A stretch of 64,000 nucleotides of DNA from an uncultured Clostridia bacterium (GTDB lineage: Bacteria; Bacillota; Clostridia; TANB77; UBA1234). The notes below the pieces were generated by a model. The model saw only the letters and a program-made list of their open reading frames with translations. It made no database searches and was not told where the DNA came from. Below are positions 30,297 to 42,526 of the stretch, in pieces (position 1 is the first letter of the stretch; every line of letters begins with the position of its first letter). The position numbers were made by a program, and so were the translations under genes. The stretch lies in NCBI GenBank assembly GCA_934132775.1, contig CAKPAA010000006.1, positions 1,983 to 65,982 of the forward strand, in the 5' to 3' direction.

Positions 30297-30384
30297 TAGA
30301 CTGTGTTTATAGACATTTGTATACCTTTGAAATGATTCTATTTCGGAGGCACGGTCCTCCGAAAATAAGAGGAGGAAAAAAACA

Positions 30385-30645
30385 ATGAAAAAATTTGCAA
30401 TCGACCTTAATTCAAAAGTAAAAGTTAAATTAACGAAAGCCGGAGTGGATGTGCTTCGCACACATTATATGATGTATAGACTTCCAGGCGCTCCGCAATT
30501 TAAAGTGTACACTGACAAGGATGGTTACTATGTAGCTACACTTTGGCAGCTTATGAATGCTTTTGGTGGATGTATGCTCTTAAACTCACCTTCTCTTTTC
30601 GAAGGTGATCTTGTCTTAATTGATGAGGATCAGTTCAAAGACTAA
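30385..30645 (+). CDS. hypothetical small protein (86 aa)
   Basis: Strong RBS AAGAGGAGG 8 nt upstream of the ATG. ORF followed by an intrinsic terminator. No recognisable domain. Confidence 0.6.
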   Translation: MKKFAIDLNSKVKVKLTKAGVDVLRTHYMMYRLPGAPQFKVYTDKDGYYVATLWQLMNAFGGCMLLNSPSLFEGDLVLIDEDQFKD

Positions 30646-30652
30646 AATGTAA

Positions 30653-30692
30653 TCGCCTAGTTAGCTTTATATGCTGACTAGGCGAACTTTTT
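30653..30692 (+). terminator. intrinsic terminator (TCGCCTAGT...ACTAGGCGA + TTTTT)
   Basis: 9-bp stem with a 15-nt loop, then actttttaa. Confidence 0.6.
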
Positions 30693-30896
30693 AATAAATT
30701 TAAAATTATTTTAAATGGAGCGATTTCGAAACAGGTATGCGAAAAAATGACTTACTTTGTTTCAAGCACTCTTATATAATTCGATTTATTGTTTATAATT
30801 TAACATAAATTATATCTTTTTACAAGATATAAAAATAAAAAACAGGAAAATTTTTTTTTACAAATTAATTATTATTTCAAAAAGGAGGTTATAATA

Positions 30897-31692
30897 TGCC
30901 AGAATTAAATGTTTTAAATCAAAAGATAACTTATATAAAAATTGATGATGAAGATTATATATCTATTACAGATATGCTTAAATCAAAAGATGGGGATTTT
31001 TTGTATCAGACTGGCTAAGAAATAGGAATACCATTGAATTTTTAGGCATTTGGGAAGAAATTCATAATCCTAATTTTAATTATGGCGAATTCGCCATAAT
31101 TAAAAGTCAAGCAGGTTTAAATAGCTATAAAATTAGTGTTAAAGAATGGACAGAAAAAACAAATGCAATTGGAATAATTTCAAAAGCTGGAAGATATGGA
31201 GGAACATATGCTCATAAAGATATTGCTTTTGAGTTTGGTATGTGGATTAGTCCAAAATTCAAGCTGTTATTGATAAAAGAATTTGAAAGATTAAAAGCAG
31301 AAGAACAAAAGCAAATAGGCTGGAATGCTAAAAGAGAACTTTCAAAAATTAATTATAGAATACATACAGATGCTATAAAGAAGAATTTAGTACCTAAAGA
31401 ATTAACTAAATTTCAAATAAACTTTGTTTATGCTGAAGAAGCAGATGTTTTAAATATGGCTTTATTTGGTATGACTGCAAAGGAATGGCATGATAAAAAT
31501 CCTAATTTAAATGGGAATATAAGAGATTATGCAACAATGAATGAATTGATATGCTTAGCAAATTTGGAAAATTTAAATTCTGTTTTTATAAATGAAAGAT
31601 TAAAACAAAGTGAAAGGCTTGAAAAATTAAATAAAATTGCAATTTCACAAATGCAAATTTTAAATGATACAGATATAAAATATCTAAAATAA
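30897..31692 (+). pseudogene. KilA-N domain (phage antirepressor-like) protein, frameshifted in a poly-T run near 31000
   Basis: AGGAGG RBS then MPELNVLNQKITYIKIDDEDYISITDMLKSKDGDF, ending in a stop at 31016. The next frame continues SDWLRNRNTIEFLGIWEEIHNPNFNYGEFAIIKSQAGLNSYKISVKEWTEKTNAIGIISKAGRYGGTYAHKDIAFEFGMWISPKF... into ORF 31240..31692. One T is missing from the run gattttttg. Confidence 0.7.
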
Positions 31693-31760
31693 TTATATTA
31701 AAAAAGAAAACTCCCACTTAAGTGAGAGAAAGATATATCTTTTTTGATGATGGCTTAAGC

Positions 31761-32108
31761 TTACTTCATTGTTGCACCAGAAACATTTATTGCCATAGAG
31801 TCACGGAACTGAATCATATCTTCCATTGAGAAGAAACTGAGGTAAACCTTGAGCTTGTGGTCTGCGTTGTGCATTTCCACTAGGTTAGCATTGCAACAAG
31901 CTGCCCACTTTAGAAGTGCTCTTGCTCTGTCAAATTCAACCTGCTTTCTATGGTTACTCTCCTTATCTCTCTTGGAAATAAACGATTCTTCTGCTTCGCC
32001 GATGGTCTGGTTCTTTACGATGAGAATCGGAGATTCAAGTGGGATAGATACCACGAGAACATATTCCTCAACCTTGGGTTTGGGTGATAAAATCTTAATG
32101 ATTGCCAT
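31761..32108 (-). CDS. hypothetical protein, GC-rich (about 42%) orphan gene
   Basis: 115-aa ORF. CAAGGAGG RBS. Consensus-type promoter P2 upstream. No recognisable motif. Confidence 0.55.
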   Translation of the reverse strand: MAIIKILSPKPKVEEYVLVVSIPLESPILIVKNQTIGEAEESFISKRDKESNHRKQVEFDRARALLKWAACCNANLVEMHNADHKLKVYLSFFSMEDMIQFRDSMAINVSGATMK

Positions 32109-32194
32109 AGTAATTCCTCCTTGGGCAGTTGCCCTGTCTAAAGTTGATTTTTCCTACATGATGAAACGGAGACCAGATTAGTTCATCACCTATA

Positions 32195-32223
32195 ATTATA
32201 TCATATTTTACATAAAATTGCAA
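32195..32223 (-). promoter_or_regulatory. sigmaA-type promoter P2 (TTGCAA-17-TATAAT with TGn extension), spacer carries TTATGTAAA motif
   Basis: Minus-strand sequence TTGCAA ttttatgtaaaatatga TATAAT. 12 of 17 spacer positions are identical to P1, including the 9-mer TTATGTAAA and tga before the -10. Confidence 0.65.
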
Positions 32224-32402
32224 TGAATTTTTTCGTTTGTACCCATTTTTGAACTAATTTATGTCAGATATCTCTAGTTTGTCTTATATTGAATTTTATT
32301 TTATTAGTAAATTTTCTAATAATAAATTTAAACACAAAAAAAGGGCGCACTAACCCTATTACAACCTCATGTGTCTTTTAATTTTATTTACGCTACTAAA
32401 CT

Positions 32403-33053
32403 TCATATATTTTCTTGTTTATTCTTTATATGTCCTTTTGCTATTGTTAGCATTACTATAAATGTTAGATTTAACATTATTTTCATACCTCTTTTACAAT
32501 TTTCTATTACTGGAACACCAATAACATGCATATGTGGAGATGTTTCATCAAAATGTATTGTTGCATTAGCTATTTTAAAAGTAGGTAGTATTTTAGATAA
32601 ATCTTGAATTTGCTCATTATATACATCAGTCATTTTAAATCTATATTCATCATCTTTATCTTGCCAAAAGTCCATATCTCCAAGTTCTATAATAATTTCA
32701 CAGGCAATATCATTTTGAGAATTACAAACTTTTTGAAAGTAATCTTTAACTTGTCTATCAGCTCTTGTCTTGCTATTATATTCAATTCTAATTTTTTCGA
32801 ATTCATCTAAATAGACTTGTTTAACATCTTCTACAATATCATTAGTTTCATAAATAGTAGTAATTAAATCTCTTTGATTATCGTAATCTCGTAAATTGTG
32901 TTTATTTACTCTTGGTAAATCATTTGCATTTTGAATAGCATTATTTGAAAGGGAAGTAGTTCCAGATACATTTCCTTTAGCTGTTTTTTTTGCTATTTTA
33001 CTTTTATTCTTATCACTACCCAAGTGAAAAGAATAGGCTAATTCTTGTTCCAT
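32403..33053 (-). pseudogene. mob: MobV-family (Pre/Mob) relaxase, truncated after the relaxase domain (about 217 aa instead of about 400-500)
   Basis: KHNLRDYDN, ACEIIIELGDMDFW and ATIHFDETSPHMHVIGVPV match MobM motifs I-III (HxDExxPHxH). AAGGAGGTG RBS before the ATG giving MEQELAYS. The ORF ends about 30 aa after motif III with non-Mob sequence. Confidence 0.65.
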
Positions 33054-33086
33054 TAAACGCACCTCCTTGAACTTTCTTCGAAGCAC

Positions 33087-33200
33087 AGGACTTTGACTTT
33101 GTCATAAGTCCTAACCTCCTATGAGTTATGACGTGCCATCATAACTCGGGGGCTCTGCGAGTCAATAAATTTTCTCCCAATGGGATAAAATTTATTCAAA
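33087..33200. promoter_or_regulatory. oriT-like region upstream of mob: adjacent hairpins AGGACTT-N12-AAGTCCT and GAGTTATGA-N7-TCATAACTC
   Basis: Two perfect inverted repeats immediately 5' of the mob start, as in pMV158-type oriT. Further downstream are TTGCAACA direct repeats (33262-33292). Confidence 0.5.
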
Positions 33201-33300
33201 TTACCTCACACAAAATTTATATTGCTAACGCAAATATAAATTTGTATTCGCCAATTTGCTTGTTGCAACATTGCATATAAAAAAGTAATAGTTGCAACAA

Positions 33301-35157
<1,857 letters not shown>

Positions 35158-35278
35158 TTTTCCATTTACAACCTCCTAAAAAAAAAACAAAGTGCTAGAA
35201 AGCCTTTGCTAACTAACACTTAAAAAATCTAATATTTACTTGTTATATTACTTGCTAAAAACAAAAAATCTTTTAGTA

Positions 35279-35575
35279 TTAGTTGCCATTGATAAAATCT
35301 CTTAATTTTGAGAGTGGATATTTATTTGCTAAATTGCCTATGCAAAAGTATTCGTGTTCATTAAAGAATAGATATAACTTGTCTTTAATGAATATTCTAT
35401 GAGGTTCTACATAAGCAATATTAGTTTTTTCTATCATTCTCAAATTACCATTCTTTATCTTTGGTTCACAATTACTAAAAGTGCAAGCCCATTCAATCTT
35501 AGAATGTAATTCTTTACTCATTGTTATTTCTCTTTTAACTGTAGATATCGTATCACAAAAACCTCCTTTTTTCAA
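35279..35575 (-). CDS. hypothetical protein (98 aa)
   Basis: ORF only. No clear RBS or motif. Lies between the recombinase and tRNA-Thr. Confidence 0.35.
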   Translation of the reverse strand: MKKGGFCDTISTVKREITMSKELHSKIEWACTFSNCEPKIKNGNLRMIEKTNIAYVEPHRIFIKDKLYLFFNEHEYFCIGNLANKYPLSKLRDFINGN

Positions 35576-35615
35576 TATTTTGAGGCTATTTTTCTACTTT
35601 ATGAAAATTTAAGGT

Positions 35616-35642
35616 AAAAAAATAAGCCGACTAAATCGACTT
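35616..35642 (-). terminator. intrinsic terminator downstream of tRNA-Thr (AAGTCGA-tttag-TCGGCTT + T7)
   Basis: 7-bp stem with one G-U pair, followed by ATTTTTTT on the minus strand. Confidence 0.5.
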
Positions 35643-35726
35643 ATATAAAGTGATACAATATTCACTTTTGTTTTCTTCAAACTCAATTATACCAATAATT
35701 ATAAGTAGTTCGACGAAAACGCATTA

Positions 35727-35802
35727 TGGAGCCAATGACAGGAATCGAACCTGCGACCTGCTGATTACGAATCAGCTGCACTACCGACTGTGCTACATTG
35801 GC
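35727..35802 (-). tRNA. tRNA-Thr (anticodon CGT)
   Basis: Minus-strand sequence GCCAATGTAGCACAGTCGGTAGTGCAGCTGATTCGTAATCAGCAGGTCGCAGGTTCGATTCCTGTCATTGGCTCCA folds as a cloverleaf. 7-bp acceptor stem, anticodon loop TTCGTAA, T-loop GGTTCGATTCC, encoded CCA. Confidence 0.9.
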
Positions 35803-35948
35803 ATTTTGGTGCATGACCTCGCTCACGCACCTATTATTATAAAGTTATTGTTTGTAAATTGCAATCACTTTTTTACACAATATAAAAGTAATGAATTTAG
35901 AAAACATACAAGTGTACAAAACTTCACATTTATAATTGATTATTATCC

Positions 35949-37379
35949 TTACTTTGTTAAATATTCTAGTATCAATTTATTTAGAATTTGTGGATTTCCT
36001 TTTCCTTTCATTTCTTTCATACATTGACCAACTAAAAATCCTAGTGCTCTGTCTTTTCCGTTTTTGTAATCTTCGACTGACTGTGGATTTGCTGCAATTA
36101 TTTTGTCTACTACTTCTTTTATTGCTCCCTCATCAGATATTTGTACTAGCCCTTTTTCTTCTACTATTTTTTCTGCGTCTTTGCCTGTTTCAACCATTTC
36201 TTCAAATACTTTTTTGGCTATTGAACCACTTATTATTCCTTTATCTATTAAAGTTATAAGCTTTGCAAATTGCTTTGGTGTGAATGGAAGTTCGTTATAT
36301 TCAATACCTTTTTCTCTTACTACTCTTATTATGTCTGTCATTATCCAGTTGCTTACTGCTTTTGCGTTTCCACATTCTTTTGTGGCTGCTTCGAAAAAGT
36401 CTGATAGGTGTTTTGATGAGGTTATTATTCCTGCATCATACTCTGGTAACCCTAGTTCTTCTATATATCTTGCTTTTCTGCTTTCTGGCAACTCTGGTAA
36501 TGTATCTTGAATATTTTTTATATATTCTTCTGTTAATCTTATTGGCATTAAATCTGGTTCTGGGAAGTATCTATAATCGTGTGCCTCTTCCTTTGTCCTC
36601 ATTGCATAGCCTTCTCCTGCCTCGTCGTCCCATCTTCTTGTTTCTTGATGTACAACTCCTCCTGATTCTAATACTTCTTTTTGTCTTTGTATTTCAAATT
36701 CTATACTTCTTGCTATTGCTCTGAATGAGTTTAAATTTTTAGTTTCTGTTCTTGTTCCGAACTTTTCACTACCTACTGGTCTTAATGATAAGTTTACGTC
36801 TGCTCTTAGTGAACCTTCTTGCATTTTACAGTCTGATACACCTATGTATTCTAGTATTCCTTTTAGTCTTTCAACATATGCAACTGCCTCTTCTGCACTT
36901 CTCATATCTGGTTCTGAAACGATTTCTATAAGCGGAACTCCAGCCCTGTTTAAGTCTACTAATGTTCCTCCTGTGTAGTTATCGTGAACAAGTTTTCCTG
37001 CATCTTCTTCTATGTGTATTCTTGTAATGCCTATGTCTTTCTTTTTACCATCAACAACTACATCGACGTGTCCGTGTTCGCAAAGTGGTAAATCAAATTG
37101 TGATATTTGATATGCTTTTGGAAGGTCTGGATAGAAATAGTTTTTTCTATCTTGTTTACTTTCTCTTGCTATCTCACAATTTGTTGCAAGACCTGCTCTT
37201 ACCGCATATTCAACGACTTTTTCATTTAACACAGGTAGTGCCCCTGGCATACCTGTACAAACTGGACAGCAGTGAGTGTTTGGTGCACTTCCAAACTCTG
37301 TTGAACAACCACAATATATTTTAGTTTTTGTTGATAATTCTGCGTGGACTTCAAGTCCTATTACTACTTCGTATTCCAT
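35949..37379 (-). CDS. gatB: Asp-tRNA(Asn)/Glu-tRNA(Gln) amidotransferase subunit B
   Basis: 476 aa. [24 protein letters not shown]-terminus. gatCAB gene order. Confidence 0.95.
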   Translation of the reverse strand: MEYEVVIGLEVHAELSTKTKIYCGCSTEFGSAPNTHCCPVCTGMPGALPVLNEKVVEYAVRAGLATNCEIARESKQDRKNYFYPDLPKAYQISQFDLPLCEHGHVDVVVDGKKKDIGITRIHIEEDAGKLVHDNYTGGTLVDLNRAGVPLIEIVSEPDMRSAEEAVAYVERLKGILEYIGVSDCKMQEGSLRADVNLSLRPVGSEKFGTRTETKNLNSFRAIARSIEFEIQRQKEVLESGGVVHQETRRWDDEAGEGYAMRTKEEAHDYRYFPEPDLMPIRLTEEYIKNIQDTLPELPESRKARYIEELGLPEYDAGIITSSKHLSDFFEAATKECGNAKAVSNWIMTDIIRVVREKGIEYNELPFTPKQFAKLITLIDKGIISGSIAKKVFEEMVETGKDAEKIVEEKGLVQISDEGAIKEVVDKIIAANPQSVEDYKNGKDRALGFLVGQCMKEMKGKGNPQILNKLILEYLTK

Positions 37380-37382
37380 ATT

Positions 37383-38822
37383 TTACACCTCCTCATTTTG
37401 CTCATATGTATATGCTGCTTTCAATACTGTTTCTTCATTAAAGTGCTTTCCTATTAGTTGCATTCCTATTGGCATTCCCTCTTCATCTTTTCCACAAGGA
37501 ATTGATATTGCTGGCACTCCTGCGATATTTATTGAAACTGTTAATATGTCTGACATATACATTTCAAGTGGATTTGATATTTTTGAGCCTATATCAAATG
37601 CTACTGTTGGTGCGGTTGGAGTTAGTAATATATCGTATTTTTCAAAAGCTTCATCAAAGTTTTTCTTTACTATTGTTCTAACTTTCTGTGCTTTTTTATA
37701 ATAAGCATCGTAGTATCCCGAAGATAGAACATATGTACCAAGTATAATTCTTCTCTTAACTTCTTCTCCAAAACCTTCTGAACGGCTGTTTCTATATATA
37801 TCTGTTAATGTTTCATAATTCTTTGTTCTATATCCATATCTAATTCCATCAAATCTACCTAGGTTTGAGCTTGCTTCTGCACAAGCGATTATATAGTATG
37901 CTGGAAGTGCATATTCAGTTGCAGGAAGTGAACATTCCTCAACTTTTGCACCCATTTTTTCAAATTTTTCAATTGCAGTTTTTATTGCTTTTCTTACATC
38001 TTCACTAACGCCATCACCTAAGAATTCCTTAGGCACACCTATTTTCATATTCTTTACATCATTTACTAACGCTTTTGTGTAGTCTTGCTTTTCTATGTTT
38101 GCAGATGTTGAGTCCATCTTGTCGTGACCAGCAATAACATTTAACAAGTTTGCAATATCTGTAACATTTGTTCCCATTGGTCCAATTTGGTCAAGTGAAG
38201 ATGCAAATGCAACAAGTCCATATCTTGAAACTAGTCCATATGTTGGCTTTAATCCAACTATGCCACAAAATGAAGCTGGCTCTCTTATTGAACCACCTGT
38301 ATCACTTCCCAATGAAATTGGTGCTAGTCCACCTGCAACTGCCGCAGCGCTTCCACCAGAAGAACCACCTGGTACTTTATTTAAGTTTACTGGATTATGT
38401 GTTTTGAAAAATGCTGAATTTTCAGTTGAACCACCCATAGCAAATTCGTCCATATTAACTTTTCCTAAGATTATAGCTCCTGCTTCATTTAGCTTTTCAA
38501 TAACTGTCGCATCGTATGGTGGAATAAAGTTTTCAAGCATTTTTGAAGCGCAAGTTGTCTTTATTCCTTTTGTGCACATATTATCTTTTATTGCTATTGG
38601 AACACCTGCAAGTGGCCCCATTTTTTCGCCACTGTCATATCTTTTTTGCATTTCTTCAGCCTTATTCATAGCTTCTTCTTCGCATAATGTTATATATGCC
38701 TTTATTTTGCTATCTTCTGCTTTTATTTTTTCAAAATATGCTTTAACAACTTGTGGCACCGTTAATTCTTTTTTCTCATATTTTTCTCTTATTTCATATG
38801 CTTTTAAGTTTGTTATATCCAT
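37383..38822 (-). CDS. gatA: Asp-tRNA(Asn)/Glu-tRNA(Gln) amidotransferase subunit A
   Basis: Amidase signature [14 protein letters not shown]. 479 aa. Confidence 0.95.
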   Translation of the reverse strand: MDITNLKAYEIREKYEKKELTVPQVVKAYFEKIKAEDSKIKAYITLCEEEAMNKAEEMQKRYDSGEKMGPLAGVPIAIKDNMCTKGIKTTCASKMLENFIPPYDATVIEKLNEAGAIILGKVNMDEFAMGGSTENSAFFKTHNPVNLNKVPGGSSGGSAAAVAGGLAPISLGSDTGGSIREPASFCGIVGLKPTYGLVSRYGLVAFASSLDQIGPMGTNVTDIANLLNVIAGHDKMDSTSANIEKQDYTKALVNDVKNMKIGVPKEFLGDGVSEDVRKAIKTAIEKFEKMGAKVEECSLPATEYALPAYYIIACAEASSNLGRFDGIRYGYRTKNYETLTDIYRNSRSEGFGEEVKRRIILGTYVLSSGYYDAYYKKAQKVRTIVKKNFDEAFEKYDILLTPTAPTVAFDIGSKISNPLEMYMSDILTVSINIAGVPAISIPCGKDEEGMPIGMQLIGKHFNEETVLKAAYTYEQNEEV

Positions 38823-38833
38823 TTTCTCGCCTC

Positions 38834-39127
38834 CTAGTTCATCATACTTGGTAATGAATATGCTTCTCCATTGCTGCTTGGAGCATTTTTTAATAGCATA
38901 TCTCTGTCAAAAGATTCTCTTACTTCATCTTTTCTAAACACATTGTATGTATCTAGTGCAAAAGCAGATTCAGTAACACCAGCTGTATCTATCTCATTTA
39001 TTTTGTTTGCAAATCCAACTATATCTTGCATATTTGCTGTGTATTTTTCAATTTCTTCTTCTGTTAAGTTTAACATACTCAAATCTGCAATATGCTTTAT
39101 TTCTTCTTTGCTTATCATTTTTATCAC
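38834..39127 (-). CDS. gatC: Asp-tRNA(Asn)/Glu-tRNA(Gln) amidotransferase subunit C
   Basis: 97 aa. [22 protein letters not shown] is the typical GatC N-terminus. Confidence 0.9.
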   Translation of the reverse strand: MIKMISKEEIKHIADLSMLNLTEEEIEKYTANMQDIVGFANKINEIDTAGVTESAFALDTYNVFRKDEVRESFDRDMLLKNAPSSNGEAYSLPSMMN

Positions 39128-39203
39128 TCCTTATTTTTTGAGGTCTATTCCCCAAAATCCTGCTTCATTATATATCAAATAATATAATTTTACAACCTAA
39201 AAA

Positions 39204-40949
39204 CTACGTTCTTAATTTTACGTGCACTTCTCTTAACAGTTTTTCTGTAACCTCACCTGGTGCCCCCATTAGCAAGTCTTCTGCATTTGCAGTCATTGGA
39301 AATGCAATTATTTCTCTTATGCATTCTTCATCAGATAGAAGCATTATTATTCTATCAACTCCTGGTGCCATTCCTGCGTGTGGAGGAGCTCCATATTGGA
39401 AAGCTTTATATAATGCTCCAAATCTCTTTTCTAATTCTTCCTTAGAGTATCCCGCAATTTCAAAAGCCTTTTCCATTATATCTATTCTATGATTTCTAAC
39501 TGCGCCAGAAGATAGTTCCACACCATTGCAAACAATATCGTATTGATATGCTTTTACATCAAGTGGATTTTGTTCTTCCAAGGCTTTTAATCCACCTTGT
39601 GGCATTGAAAATGGATTATGCATAAAATCTATTTTTCCGTCAATTCCTAACTCATACATTGGGAAATCTGTAATAAAGCAAAAGTCAAATCTGTCTTTAT
39701 CAATAAGTCCCATTCTGTTTCCAAGTTCTGTTCTTATTTGCCCTGCAAGTTTGTTTATAACGTATTTAGAATCTGAAATGAAGAATACTACATCTCCAAC
39801 TTTTAAATTCAATTTTTGTCTAATTTCTTCTGTCTGCTCAGGTGTAAAATATTTTGCTATTGGTCCTTTATAGCTACCATCTTCCTCAACTTCTATATAT
39901 CCCAAACCTTTCATTCCAATACTTAAAGCAAAATCTAACATTTTTTCAAAAAAAGATTTTGGCATTTTTGTACAATCATTAACAACAATTCCTCTTACTA
40001 ATTTTCCTTTAAAAGGCTTAAATTCAACATTTGCAAAAAAGTCTGTTAAATCCTCAATTAAAAGTGGATTTCTTAAATCTGGCTTATCTGAGCCATATTT
40101 TAGCATAGATTCTTCATAAGGTATTCTTACAAATGGTTTTGTGCTTATCTTTTTATCTGAGAATTTTGAAAAAACATCTGTTAAAACTTCTTCTGCCACA
40201 TCAAAAACATCTTCTTGTGTTGCAAATGCCATTTCAAAATCAAGTTGATAAAACTCACCTGGCGTTCTATCTGCTCTGGCGTCTTCATCTCTAAAACAAG
40301 GTGCAATTTGAAAATATTTGTCTATTCCAGACACCATAAGTAATTGCTTAAACTGTTGTGGGGCTTGTGGCAACGCATAAAATTTGCCTTTATGTTTTCT
40401 TGATGGAATTATATAATCTCTTGCTCCCTCAGGTGATGACGAAGTAAGAATTGGTGTTGTTATTTCTGTGAATTTCATACTTTCCATCTTTTTTCTTAAA
40501 TAGCTAACAACTTTTGACCTAAATAAAATTTTATCTTTTACTTTTTCATTTCTTAAATCCAAGTAACGATATTTTAAACGTACATCTTCTTTGGTTTTTA
40601 AAGATTCTTGAATTTCAAAAGGTAACACATTTTCGCATTCGCCTAATACTTCAATTGTTTCTGCAACAACTTCAACTAATCCAGTTTTAATATGTGGGTT
40701 AATTGTGTCCTCATCTCTTTTTATAACCTTTCCCTCAACTGATATTACAGTTTCTTTACAAAGTTTCTTTATTTCTTCTCCATCGTGTATAACAATTTGA
40801 GAAATTCCATATTGGTCTCTTAAATCTAAAAAAGTAACCCCACCGTGGTCTCTTATAGACTGAATCCAACCTGCCAATTTTACAACTTTTCCAATATCTT
40901 CTTCTGATATTTCATTGCAATTATGTGTTCTGTACTTAAATTTTTCCAT
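39204..40949 (-). CDS. aspS: aspartyl-tRNA synthetase (probably non-discriminating, co-operonic with gatCAB)
   Basis: Class II aaRS motifs FRDEDLRADRQPEF-like (FRDEDARADRTPGEF) and GGAPPHAG. AGGAGG RBS 9 nt upstream of the ATG giving MEKFKY (40949). Confidence 0.9.
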   Translation of the reverse strand: MEKFKYRTHNCNEISEEDIGKVVKLAGWIQSIRDHGGVTFLDLRDQYGISQIVIHDGEEIKKLCKETVISVEGKVIKRDEDTINPHIKTGLVEVVAETIEVLGECENVLPFEIQESLKTKEDVRLKYRYLDLRNEKVKDKILFRSKVVSYLRKKMESMKFTEITTPILTSSSPEGARDYIIPSRKHKGKFYALPQAPQQFKQLLMVSGIDKYFQIAPCFRDEDARADRTPGEFYQLDFEMAFATQEDVFDVAEEVLTDVFSKFSDKKISTKPFVRIPYEESMLKYGSDKPDLRNPLLIEDLTDFFANVEFKPFKGKLVRGIVVNDCTKMPKSFFEKMLDFALSIGMKGLGYIEVEEDGSYKGPIAKYFTPEQTEEIRQKLNLKVGDVVFFISDSKYVINKLAGQIRTELGNRMGLIDKDRFDFCFITDFPMYELGIDGKIDFMHNPFSMPQGGLKALEEQNPLDVKAYQYDIVCNGVELSSGAVRNHRIDIMEKAFEIAGYSKEELEKRFGALYKAFQYGAPPHAGMAPGVDRIIMLLSDEECIREIIAFPMTANAEDLLMGAPGEVTEKLLREVHVKLRT

Positions 40950-41098
40950 TTTATATTTCCTCCTTTTTTCAAGGGACGAAAAACTCAAAAACAAAAAAAT
41001 CCTAGTATTCTATAAAATACTAGGGACGAATTTTCCGTGGTACCACCCAAGTTTCAATACTCTTTTTAAAATATTAAACTCTAATACCACCATAACTA
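40950..41098 (-). promoter_or_regulatory. proximal T-box-like module: T-box core GGGTGGTACCACGG plus intrinsic terminator. Too short to hold a Stem I, so apparently a partial duplication of the distal element
   Basis: Minus-strand sequence AACTTGGGTGGTACCACGGAAAATTCGTCCCTAGTATTTTATAGAATACTAGGATTTTTTTG. Only about 105 nt lie between this and the distal terminator. Confidence 0.55.
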
Positions 41099-41099
41099 T

Positions 41100-41357
41100 G
41101 CATTACAAAAAGTCCTTAGTGTAAACTAATTTCTACACTAAGGACGAAAAATCATAATTCGTGGTACCACCTTATATTTTAATACTCTAAAAAGAATATC
41201 CTCTCTAGTTTTTAACGCAACCTCTGCGAACTTACTTTGCATAAGCCTGCTAGTAAGGTGTTCTTTCGTTAGTTTCAATTGCAATCACTCTCAGCTTAAT
41301 AATGCTTGCTCTCTTTAATCTACCTCTAATTACTTTTCCTTAATCAACGCATTTAAT
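41100..41357 (-). promoter_or_regulatory. T-box riboswitch leader (distal, full length) of the aspS-gatCAB operon, with its own terminator
   Basis: GA/K-turn-like AGAGAG near the 5' end. T-box core AAGGTGGTACCACGAA. Terminator CCTTAGTGTAGAAA-TTAG-TTTACACTAAGG + ACTTTTTG. A possible specifier AAC followed by A (GAAAGAACACC, plus 41258-41268) is tentative. Confidence 0.7.
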
Positions 41358-41363
41358 AGAAAA

Positions 41364-41391
41364 ATACTAGCACACATAAAAAACGTTGTCA
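41364..41391 (-). promoter_or_regulatory. sigmaA-type promoter of the T-box leader (TTGACA-17-TAGTAT)
   Basis: Minus-strand sequence TTGACA acgttttttatgtgtgc TAGTAT. Confidence 0.6.
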
Positions 41392-41514
41392 ATATATTTT
41401 TTGAATAATTATTGAAAGACTGAGCAGAGGTTTGTATTAAAGATAGAATTTGCTTTAAGAAGCTAAAATTATTTTTACAAACTGCCCAAGATTTTAATAT
41501 AGATTAAATAGTTC

Positions 41515-41561
41515 AAAAAATAGGATTCGAATCATTATTTTGATTCGAATCCTATTTTTAT
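41515..41561. terminator. bidirectional intrinsic terminator (TAGGATTCGAATCA/TGATTCGAATCCTA, flanking A6/T5)
   Basis: Perfect 14-bp inverted repeat with a 7-nt loop. Terminates the minus-strand GC-rich gene 41664..42434. Confidence 0.75.
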
Positions 41562-41663
41562 CAGAGACTTTTTACAGCCTCTCCTATTTCTAGTGTACAA
41601 ATTCTTGTGCACTCATGAACTAGTAGGTGTTTCTAAACTATCTAGCACCTATCTTCGAAAGTG

Positions 41664-42434
41664 TTACATTTGATTAGCTCTTTTCGAAGAATATTCCGAC
41701 ATCGCAGGAAAATGAAGTCCACGGCTATTTTTTTTCGTATGGACTTTCGAATAGCCTCCGTCAATCTCAGGATACATATACCCTGCAATCCCAAGTTTCA
41801 TCTCGCTAATCTTCTCCCTCGACAACATCGAGGTGCGCACAGCAAGCATGTAGTGCTCACAATTGCTGACGAAGAACACCGGATTACGCATATTCAGCGT
41901 CTGATATCCATCCGTAATCCACGAATACTTTTCGATGCGCTTCAGATTTCCTCTGTCACGCACCTTAGCGCAGCCACCACATTCATCAGATGCAGCAGAA
42001 AGCCGAGCACATTCCTTACCTGCAGATGCACAATAGTGCATCCTGCCAAGCTTGAAATGGTTCATGAAGTCGAGCTTTTCACAGCTCTTGTCCAACTCTG
42101 CCCAGTAGCAAATGCCACACTTCTTAATAATAAAGGCAGGCGCGGAAGTCTTGCGAAGCACTTTGAGTTCGTCCTTGTTAACCTTTTTGAGCTCATAGCG
42201 CTTATCTTTGCTCTCAGAGCTGAGCACTTCTTTCGAAACAATCGAAAGAGGTTTACCAGTTTTGGCACTGATTTCGACAAGAAGCCGACAGTCCTGCTCT
42301 TCCGAGCAGATAATCACCGCCGACATGTCATCTGCCACAATAACCTCTTTGCTTACCGTCATCTTCTCCCGCATTTCATGGACTTCCGATACTCCCTTTT
42401 GAATAGGAAACACAAACCCACTATCGCTCATAGA
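41664..42434 (-). CDS. hypothetical Cys-rich protein, GC-rich (about 50%) orphan gene inserted between the aspS leader promoter and asnS
   Basis: GGAGG RBS 8 nt before the ATG giving MSDSGFVFPIQKG. Cys clusters KKCGICYW...SCEK...HYCASAGKECARL...DECGGCAKV. Perfect consensus promoter P3 upstream. The opposite-strand ORF 41661..42629 lacks an RBS or promoter. Confidence 0.6.
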   Translation of the reverse strand, partial: SMSDSGFVFPIQKGVSEVHEMREKMTVSKEVIVADDMSAVIICSEEQDCRLLVEISAKTGKPLSIVSKEVLSSESKDKRYELKKVNKDELKVLRKTSAPAFIIKKCGICYWAELDKSCEKLDFMNHFKLGRMHYCASAGKECARLSAASDECGGCAKVRDRGNLKRIEKYSWITDGYQTLNMRNPVFFVSNCEHYMLAVRTSMLSREKISEMKLGIAGYMYPEIDGGYSKVHTKKNSRGLHFPAMSEYSSKRANQM

Positions 42435-42497
42435 CACGTTCCTCCTTCTTTGAGAAAAAAATCTCAAGTCATTATTAGTAATAGAGTTACAGACATT

Positions 42498-42526
42498 ATT
42501 ATACATTTTTATGTAAACATTGTCAA
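42498..42526 (-). promoter_or_regulatory. sigmaA-type promoter P3 (perfect TTGACA-17-TATAAT) with TTTACATAAA spacer motif
   Basis: Minus-strand sequence TTGACA atgtttacataaaaatg TATAAT. Confidence 0.7.
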
